Positions 11,701 through 20,470 of a DNA stretch of 46,963 nt are shown here, piece by piece. Positions within the stretch are counted from its first letter, which is position 1, and each line of letters starts with the position of its first letter. The stretch spans positions 1 to 46,963 of the forward strand of contig JARQWU010000055.1 of assembly GCA_040182905.1 (NCBI GenBank). The letters are read 5' to 3'. The DNA comes from Barthelona sp. PAP020. Its lineage: Eukaryota. The notes beneath the pieces were generated by a model. It did not search any database. It was not told the DNA's origin and saw only the letters and a program-made list of their open reading frames with translations. The position numbers and the translations under genes were made by a program.

Positions 11701-14700
11701 CCAATTTCATTCAAAATAACAATGAATTGATTATAAAGTTGGATGATAATCATTTACACGATGTTTCGATTGTTGAGTATATCAGTTCTATTATTAGTGG
11801 TGTATCTGTAACCAAATTATTTAATCCTGAAGAATTAGAAGGTGTTTCAATGCCTTTAAAGGAAGAAATGCGAAATGAAGGATATAATGGTGGTTTAGTG
11901 AATTATATTGATGAAAGAGTTCGCAAAAATTTGAAATTCTTATTCTGTTTAGATTTCAGAGGTAATGATTTCTCTAACAAAGTCAATACTTTCTCGGCGT
12001 TGTATCAAAACTCAGCTATATTAGTTCTTGAAGGTTGGTCTGATAATACTTTAATGACATTATTTAAACAAGAAGTATTTGGTGATTTGTTGAAGAAAAT
12101 GAAAGAAAAGAATGTTACTTCATCAATTTATGAGTTAATTGGTGAAGAAAATGATTCAGTTGTTGAAATCCAAAATGACATGTCAGCTTTATTCTTGTCG
12201 TTGTACCATTCAATAGGTACTTTTGAAAAGTTCAGTCAAACAACTAATTTTGCATATGAATCTTTCGCAGAAACTATTCGTGTTTATGACGCTCAATCCA
12301 AAAATGAAGAATCTCAAACTTTTTCTGAAAAGGTTGAAATCCCGGCTATTTCACCAACCCATTTTATTAAGTGTATCACCAATATGAAGAGTTTATTGGC
12401 AAAGCATTGGGTTGATGTTGAAGATCAAATGACTAGATTAGGCTTAGGTTTAAGCAAATTGAGAGAAACTGAAGTTCAAGTTGGTATTATGCAAAAAGAT
12501 GCTGCCGAACAATCTAAAATTTTAAGTCAGAAGCAAGAAGAAGCCGCCACTGCTTTGGAACAAATTAAGATTAATATGGCATTGGCAAATGAACAAAAGG
12601 CTGCTGCTGAAAAATTGTCCACGTATTTGAATGGTGAAGAAGCAAAAATTAATGCTGAAAAAGAGGTTGCTGAAGCTCAATTAAGTTCTATTGAACCTCT
12701 TATTCAAGCCGCTAAAGAAAACGTTGATTGTATTGAACCAAAGCATTTGAATGAAATTAGATCATTTGCCAAACCTCCTGCAGCTATTCAAGATGTTTTA
12801 CAAGGTGTTATGATGATGCTTGGTTTTAATAACTTGAGTTGGAAAGATATCAAGGGAATGTTGAATCCAAGTATCAAAGAGCGTATTTTTAAATTTGATT
12901 CAAGGTCAGTAACACCAAATCAATTGAAGAAAATTGCAAGATTTATTGAAACCAATGATTCTTCATTTGAAAGTGACAATATTCGCCGTGTTTCTCAAGC
13001 TGCAGCGCCTATGGCTGAATGGCTCAAAGCTCAAGTTGAATATGCAAAAGTTATGGTAAATATTAAGCCTTTGACTGATAATTTGGCAAAATTATCTGCA
13101 TCTTTGGAAGATTCAAGAATTCAATTGAGAGAATGTCAAGAAAAAATTGTTGAGGCCGATGAAAAGGTTGCTGCATTGACGGAAGATTTCTCAAAGAAGA
13201 CTGGAGAAGCTGAAAGATTGAAAGTCAATTTGGAAAAACAAACGAGTCTTTTGAATCGTGCCCAAGAATTGTTGGGCAAGTTATCTGGTGAAAAAGCACG
13301 TTGGGAAAAACAATATCAAGCCTTTGAATTATCCAAGTCAAATCTTTTCCTTAGTGTTATGGTTAGTTCCTGCTACTTTACATATTTATCACAATCTAAT
13401 TTAAAGACCAGGTCATATTTCTTGAAAATGTGGACTGAAGCTCTTGGTTTTGAAAACAAGATGCAAGAACCGTTTTGTATTCAAGATTTCTTGTTGAAGG
13501 AATCAACTATTCTGTCATTAAATCTCTTGGGTTTGTTATCAGACAGACTTTCATTGGAGAATTATCTGTCTTTTGCAAATACTGATGGAGTACCATGTTT
13601 AATTGATCCTACTGGATCTATTCAAGCTTTCATTGTTGCTTTGTTGGAAAATCCATTAGAAGATATTATGAAACCTCAATATGATGTTGTTTCTGCTCAT
13701 GATACTTCCTTATTAACGAAGTTAGAATTGGCAGTGCGTTTTGGAAAGACTCTTATTTTGAAAGATGTTTCCACTATCGATACCGTTTTAACACCATTGC
13801 TTAAAGGTATTGTTGTTGAACAAAATCAACGCAAACGTACTTTAGTTGGTGAAAAGTCTATTGACTTGCATGACGATTTCAAATTGATTTTACTGACTCA
13901 AAATCCAAAATTACTTCAAACTTTACCAGATTTTGCCAAAGATTATATTACTATGATCAATTTCTCCATCACCTTTAATGGTCTCATGTCTCAAATTATT
14001 GAAATTGTTGTCGAAAATGAACAACCTGAATTGCAAGAAGAAAAAGTTGAATTGCTTAAAGATGAAGAAACTTTGAAGGCTACTTTGGCCAAACTGGAGA
14101 ATGAGCTGTTACAAAATCTTCAATCTGATAAGCCATTGTTGGAAAATGAGGAATTGATTGAAAATCTCAATCTGATGAAGGTCAAGTCTGCCGAAATTAC
14201 AGTATCTTTGGAAAGATGTGATCTTGTTAAAGCTAATTTAGAAGAACAGAAGCAAGTGTTCACAAATTTCTCAAAGACCACTTCTATTCTATATTTCTTA
14301 ATCAAGAACCTTTTCAGTTTGAATCATGTTTATCAATTTTCGTTACAGTCATTTTTCAGATTGTTTAAGAATACTTTGAAAGAAAAATCAGGTGCTGATG
14401 CAACAGGTGATCGTGCCTTATTGATTCATGCCAGACTTCAATTCTTGAACACTGTATTATTAACAAACGTGTACAATTATCTGTCTGCTGGTATTTTCAA
14501 AGTTGATAGACCGCTGTTTGCTTTCTATATCACTTACGGATTGTATTCTGATGCTTTCCCGCCTAATCTTTATGATTTTATTACCGATCAATGTATATTC
14601 GATCAAACCCTCAAGAATTCATTGAGCAAAGCTAAAATCCCTTCATTTATCAATGATTCAATGATGTTACAATTGGACAAACTGTTTGCCGTATATCCTA

Positions 14701-16811
14701 AGTGCTCTGACATATGGAATAATATTATCTCTGATCAGTCACACTGGACCAATTGGATGGTCTCTCAAAATCCTGAAGACAGTGGAAATGCTTTCTTTAA
14801 CAATTTGGGACCTGTTGAAAGAATCAGCATTGTCAAAATCTTGAGACCCGATAGATTGCCTATTTCTATTCAGAAATTTGTTTTCGGCAAGTTGGGACTC
14901 ACCAGTTTTGAACCTGCTCTTATTGATTTCAAATTGTTAATTGAACGTGATTCTTATCCTCAGCAATTTATCATATACTTGGTTAATCCTGGTATGGACC
15001 CTTCTGATGAAATAAAAAGCAAATTGGAGAATTATTGGACTTCTAGAGGAAAAGAAAATTTCCCGGATCATTTCGCAGAAGTTTCAATGGGACAAGGTCA
15101 ACAACCTGTTGCTTTAGCTGCTATTGAAAAAATGATGAAGAATGGTGGTTTTGTTATTTTAAAGAATTTGCATTTAGTTGTTCGTTGGATACCAGATTTG
15201 CAACAATATTTCCATCAATGTGCCCCAGAATCATTCCATCCTGATTTTAGAATTTTTGTTACAACTGAACCTCGTGGTACAATTCCTTCTTCATTATTGG
15301 ACAATGCAACGAAAATTACCTATGAAGCACCACCTGGAATCAGACAAAATTTATTTTCACTTTACTCATCATTGGTTACTCCTGAAATGCTGATAAACTG
15401 TGGTCCTATTGTTTCAAGATTAATATTTTTGGTTTGCTTTTTACACACGTTACTTCAAGAAAGACGTACATATAATCCTCAAGGTTGGACTCAAACATAT
15501 GAGTTCAACATGTCAAATCTCAAATCAACTGTTGACACTATCATTCATTTTTGTGATTTCATGCTTGACAATCCAAAGGCACTCAATAAAAGACCTACAC
15601 AGAATCACACAACTAAAATTTCTGCAATACCTTGGAAGACCCTTCGAGGAATCGTTACGGAATCTATTTATGGTGGTAAGCTTGATAATGATCAAGATTA
15701 TTATATTCTTAAAGCTTATGTGGAGAACACTATCGATGAGAAGGTATTGTCTGGGGAAAAACCTTTCTTGAAATCAATGCCTCATTTACGTGTACCCAGT
15801 AGTACAAATATATCAGATTATCAGAATATAATTGCTCAACTTCCTTCAAATGATACTCCAATCATGTTTGGATTATCCCCTAATGTGGATCGTTTCATTA
15901 ATGTCACTGAAGCTGATAGATTGATCACTGGTCTACAAACACTTGCAAGAGGTGGAATAGATGTTGGTTCTGGTGATGCATCTCTGAACATCGCAGGACT
16001 TAAAACAGCCTTAGAACCCACACTTCGTATTTGGAATGGATTGAGAAAGAATAATCCCACCAATGCTCCTTCTATCGATCCTGTGACTCCTCTTGATTCT
16101 CTTGTATATCAACAATACCTAACAAGTGTTTCATTATTCAATTTGGTTGATGGAGATTTCAAACAAATTCAAAAAGTGTTTGATGGAACTTCTGTATTAA
16201 CTGCAGCATTACAAAATGTTATTGGATACCTTGCAAAAGGCGATGTGCCAAGAGCATGGACAAAACGTTGGTGGGGTCCTGAAGGCATTAATAAATGGAT
16301 GGATTCATTCATAGCAAAAGCTACTATGTTGAAACAATATGTTAATCGTATTCACAGTCATTTATCTGGTAATAATGACAGTTGTGGATTGTTAACTGGT
16401 GCTGTTGAGTTACATGCTTTCTTACAGCCTGCTTCTTTCTTAAAGGCTCTTCATCAAACCGCAGCTCGTGGATTAGGTGTCACTGTTGAAGAGTTGCACT
16501 TCAGAACATCATGGACACAACCTGATATTAGTGTTTATGCTGAACTAACTAATTTGTATATTCAAGGAGGGTTATTCACCAGTAAGGATGTTACTGATTG
16601 TTTGCCAACTTCTGCTGCCACATCTTCTTTGAATTCTTGTTATTTATATTTCACAACGGATATTGAAGAGGACAGTAATATCATTCAAGTTCCTGTATAC
16701 ACAGATATTACCCGTGAAGAATATCTATTCAATGTCATCATGCCCAGTTCTGTTCCTGCTGACAAATGGCATTTGGCAGGACTTGCTGTTTTATTGATAA
16801 ACAAAACATGA
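2718..16811 (+). CDS. DYNC2H1: Cytoplasmic dynein 2 heavy chain (retrograde IFT dynein)
   Basis: 4697-aa uninterrupted ORF. AAA1 has [17 protein letters not shown] and [33 protein letters not shown]. AAA2 has [23 protein letters not shown] and [20 protein letters not shown]. Stalk coiled coil and MTBD are present. The GGNP, NCDEGID and DTREW signatures are dynein-2 type. Confidence 0.93.
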   Translation: [4697 protein letters not shown]

Positions 16812-16885
16812 ATCAAATAAATATAAAAAAAAACACGTATTTATTATTTGAAAGAATAAAGAATAAACATTTGAAACTTAAAATG

Positions 16886-19783
16886 CTATTGATTTTCTGA
16901 AGTGAACATTTCAGAAATACTATAAAGATCATTTCGAAAAAGAATAACAGGAACATTGGAAAAATGAAAATATTGGTCAAAAGCGAATTTTGAAAGAGGG
17001 ACCTGTGAATCTTTTAAAAATTTCAACAAATCAATTTTACTTTCAGTTGTAGCTGCTTTATGAAAAGAACTTTTCAACAAGAGATAGTTGTGCTGAAAAA
17101 ATTTTACAAAGTCAGTACTAACAAAAATACCAGAACAATCTTTTTGCATTGATAACAAGTCTAAACAAGTACTCCAACCATTTGAAAAGAACATAGGTAC
17201 TGTATTTGAACCAAAGAACAAAGTATATATTGTTTCTGAAACCACATTCATTGAAATATATTCAATTGAGTAATTTTTAATTTTTTGCTTTATTTTAGTC
17301 TTTAAATTCATTTGAAACATTAAAGACTCGTAAATTTCAAAAAATATCAAAGTTTCATGAACCAAAACATTTGGATATGTTTCAAAAAAGTTAGCATCAG
17401 TAAAATTTTGAAAAGTTGAACAAAAAAACCAATGATTACCATGTGGACCTAAAGAAATTATAGATTTATAATTTCTCAATTCCTCTTGGACAATTTTATA
17501 AAAAATAAAATTTATGTCAGTAAAATCATTGGTTTTTGAATTATTTTTAAGATCATCATCCTCATATTCGTCAGAAATGATCTTTAAACGAATGATGAAT
17601 AAAATAGAACGTGAAAATATTCTTTCATTCGTAGAAGTACAATTTAACAATGGTTGAAAAAAGGTATCAATGAATAAATTTTTTGGTAAATATTTGTAAG
17701 TTTTTTGTTCAATTTTTTTCAACTGCTGTTCTTGTGCCTCAATTTTTTGAAAATATTGGTCAAATTGAAAAATAAGTAAAAGAAAACTGTAACAAAAACT
17801 GGTTAAAGATATGATAGAGAAATAAAGATGGAAGTTAAGATAAAAAATCATAACAAATATACAAAGTCCAAAAAATAATATTGTGGCAAAAAACATAATA
17901 ATTAACTTATTTCTTTCTAATTTCAATTTATTTCTTAGCAATATGGAAACACTTGATTGTTTGACAAACAGTATTGGAACATATAAAATGCTAGCTAAAT
18001 AAGAATTAGATAATTTATCCAATTTGATAGCATTTATTAAAATTAAAATTGGTAAAAATAGAGAATGACACAATTCAATGATAGTATCAAAACTTTGTGA
18101 AACAGCTTGAGATTTTTGTAAGAAGATAAAGAGATGAAAGAGAAAAATTACAAACAAAAATAAAAAAACGTGTAATACACTCATTTGACAACATTCAGGA
18201 TTAAACACTAAGTAAAACAAAATTACAAAAATTAAAACAAATTGGAATAAATTGACTTTAACAGATACAAAATAATTGCCAATAGAAGTTTTATGTTGAT
18301 GAAGTATTTTCATATAATAAGACAAAGGAAATTCATTTGGTCTGTCTGATTCAGCAGAATATTTCAATATTACTTCAAATAAGTCCAAAAGTAAAGATTG
18401 ATTCAAGTTAATAATTTCCCCTCCTTTATTATAAGAGATATCAATATCATATGCAACCAACTTTTCAATGCCACGATTTTTAAAATGCTCTGAAAGATTC
18501 TTACGATAATTATCCCAACTACTTACATAATAAATAACCTCCATATTTCGTTGCACTACATTAAAATCAGCTTTCCGTAAAAAAGTATGAACAATAGATT
18601 TAGGTATGATGATTTCTCCAAATTTACAATAGGACAACATATTCAAGGCTTTATCGACAACATTTCCATTAATCGTAAAACTACACATATCTTTTCCATA
18701 ACATACGATAGAATAATTGCCATACATTATAGATGCTTTAAATTTCACACTTTCAGGAATAATCTTGGAAATTTTTCCAGCTAACTCTAACAAGGCTTTC
18801 AAAACTTCATCATTATATGGGTGTTTTTTATTGTTAACTCCAGGAAAATGGGGATTTGTTGAACGAAAAAATGGTTTATTATCATGACAAAATGCTGAAT
18901 ATGTTCTAGATCTTTTTGGTGCATAAAAATTTGGATCTTTGATTATGAATAATTGACAGCCTTTAAAAAAAGTTCTTAAAAAACCATAATCAGCTATTAA
19001 TTCATTCATGGGCCAAAAACCACACTTATTATCACCAGGATCAAGAACATAGTTGTTTGTATCGCCAACACCAAATTGAAATGCTGCTAAAATTCCATCT
19101 TTCACAGGATATATGTATTGATCATCCAATATATTCAACTGTTTATCTATACAAGCTGCTTTAGTTTGTGATTTAACTTCTTTTCCACTTAAAAAATATA
19201 ATATGGATGTGTCAAAAGGAGAGAGAAAATTTAACAATAATTCATAAAAAATTTGAACCAACCTTTCATTGTCTTTAATAATTTTACGATCAAATGTCGC
19301 TTGTTCTTGAGAGTGAAGAAAAAAGAAACCTAAAAAAAGACCAAAAATAAAAATTGTTACAAATACTTCAACAGGAAAATGAATGTCGATATGAAAAAAC
19401 TTATAACTATAAGGAAAAATCAAAAATGATAAAGAAACTTTGATTAAATAAAGAAAATCTTTATTTTTGTGTGAAATATATGAAAGATACGTTATTGATG
19501 CCATACTATCAATAAAATGAACATATAAATCATCAAATGCAAATCTTTTTGTCAAAGCAATATGAAAAAAGAATGATATCAAAAAAGAATTGATCAAAGT
19601 TTCAAATAACATTATTTTATGGAACTTGATATATGTTAAAGCAAAAAAAATGGATAAATACAAAGAATGCTGCAAAGAAATAAATGTACATAAAAGTATA
19701 ATCAATTGATTGACATGTATTCCACAAAACAGCAGCATAATAATTATTTGATTGTAATCCTTAAAACGCTTGCTATTCATCAT
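16886..19783 (-). CDS. Multi-pass membrane protein with two degenerate class III nucleotidyl cyclase-like domains (TM-C1-TM-C2 layout)
   Basis: 965-aa ORF with two hydrophobic TM clusters, each followed by a soluble domain. FKASIMYGNYSIVCYGKDMCSFTINGNVVDKALNMLSYCKFGEIIIP parallels the cyclase consensus RIGIHxGxVxxGxxG...YDxxGxxVNxAxRMES...GxIxVS. The second copy is weaker (YLPKNL; LGPHGNHWF; LFFGSN...SGIFVSTDF). Confidence 0.6.
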   Translation of the reverse strand: MMNSKRFKDYNQIIIMLLFCGIHVNQLIILLCTFISLQHSLYLSIFFALTYIKFHKIMLFETLINSFLISFFFHIALTKRFAFDDLYVHFIDSMASITYLSYISHKNKDFLYLIKVSLSFLIFPYSYKFFHIDIHFPVEVFVTIFIFGLFLGFFFLHSQEQATFDRKIIKDNERLVQIFYELLLNFLSPFDTSILYFLSGKEVKSQTKAACIDKQLNILDDQYIYPVKDGILAAFQFGVGDTNNYVLDPGDNKCGFWPMNELIADYGFLRTFFKGCQLFIIKDPNFYAPKRSRTYSAFCHDNKPFFRSTNPHFPGVNNKKHPYNDEVLKALLELAGKISKIIPESVKFKASIMYGNYSIVCYGKDMCSFTINGNVVDKALNMLSYCKFGEIIIPKSIVHTFLRKADFNVVQRNMEVIYYVSSWDNYRKNLSEHFKNRGIEKLVAYDIDISYNKGGEIINLNQSLLLDLFEVILKYSAESDRPNEFPLSYYMKILHQHKTSIGNYFVSVKVNLFQFVLIFVILFYLVFNPECCQMSVLHVFLFLFVIFLFHLFIFLQKSQAVSQSFDTIIELCHSLFLPILILINAIKLDKLSNSYLASILYVPILFVKQSSVSILLRNKLKLERNKLIIMFFATILFFGLCIFVMIFYLNFHLYFSIISLTSFCYSFLLLIFQFDQYFQKIEAQEQQLKKIEQKTYKYLPKNLFIDTFFQPLLNCTSTNERIFSRSILFIIRLKIISDEYEDDDLKNNSKTNDFTDINFIFYKIVQEELRNYKSIISLGPHGNHWFFCSTFQNFTDANFFETYPNVLVHETLIFFEIYESLMFQMNLKTKIKQKIKNYSIEYISMNVVSETIYTLFFGSNTVPMFFSNGWSTCLDLLSMQKDCSGIFVSTDFVKFFQHNYLLLKSSFHKAATTESKIDLLKFLKDSQVPLSKFAFDQYFHFSNVPVILFRNDLYSISEMFTSENQ

Positions 19784-20470
19784 TCATTATTCATAATTAA
19801 TTCACAAAGAATAAAAACTACAAAAGTTAGTAAAAAAAGTTTTCAATTGGATATAATTGCTTTTGCATTTGAAAACTATTTTATCAAAGTAGTTGATTTT
19901 TCAAGATCGTTTACGTTTTTACGCTTTTCCTGAAAAAATCGAAAAAGAGAATTCTTCACTTAACTTATACCAAAATAATTTAATGGAACCATGAAAAAAG
20001 ATTGAATGATATCGATGCAACAAATTAAAAGAAAGAACCCAAACTTGGAGAATATGATAGAATCTGTTCCTAACAGTATTGGACACTCCAATTCTTACAT
20101 CCCTAGTATTAGGATGTGGGCTTTCATTTTAAAAAGAACTAAGGAATTTCCATTAACTTGAATTTTTTTTTTGCCTTGGATTCATTGATGTTTTCCACAA
20201 ACAGAATAAAAAAGATATCTATATGGAATTAATATCATCCAAAACATTTATAAGGACAGTATTTAAGAAGAATCTGTGATACCCTTCCAGATTGGAAAAA
20301 TAATAACTATAAATACCCATAACAAACAAATTCTTTTTAAACTTGATAATTAAGGTCTATTGAATGCAACAGATATATTATCAAAAATGAAGTCCATCAC
20401 CATTGAAAGCATAACATGCAAAAAAGAGAAGCTTGTTTGAAAAAAAACCAGAAATGGAGCAAAGATCATA

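Noticed and set aside
2718..16811. Intein or trans-spliced (split) dynein gene to explain the large size
   Set aside because: The ORF is continuous with all domains in order. The insertions are short and lack C/S...HN intein termini or homing-endonuclease motifs.
20045..20117. Two small hairpins (TTGGAG/CTCCAA and ACATCC/GGATGT) overlapping a 48-codon ORF
   Set aside because: Six-bp stems are expected by chance, and there are no recognisable RNA-family boxes or protein motifs.
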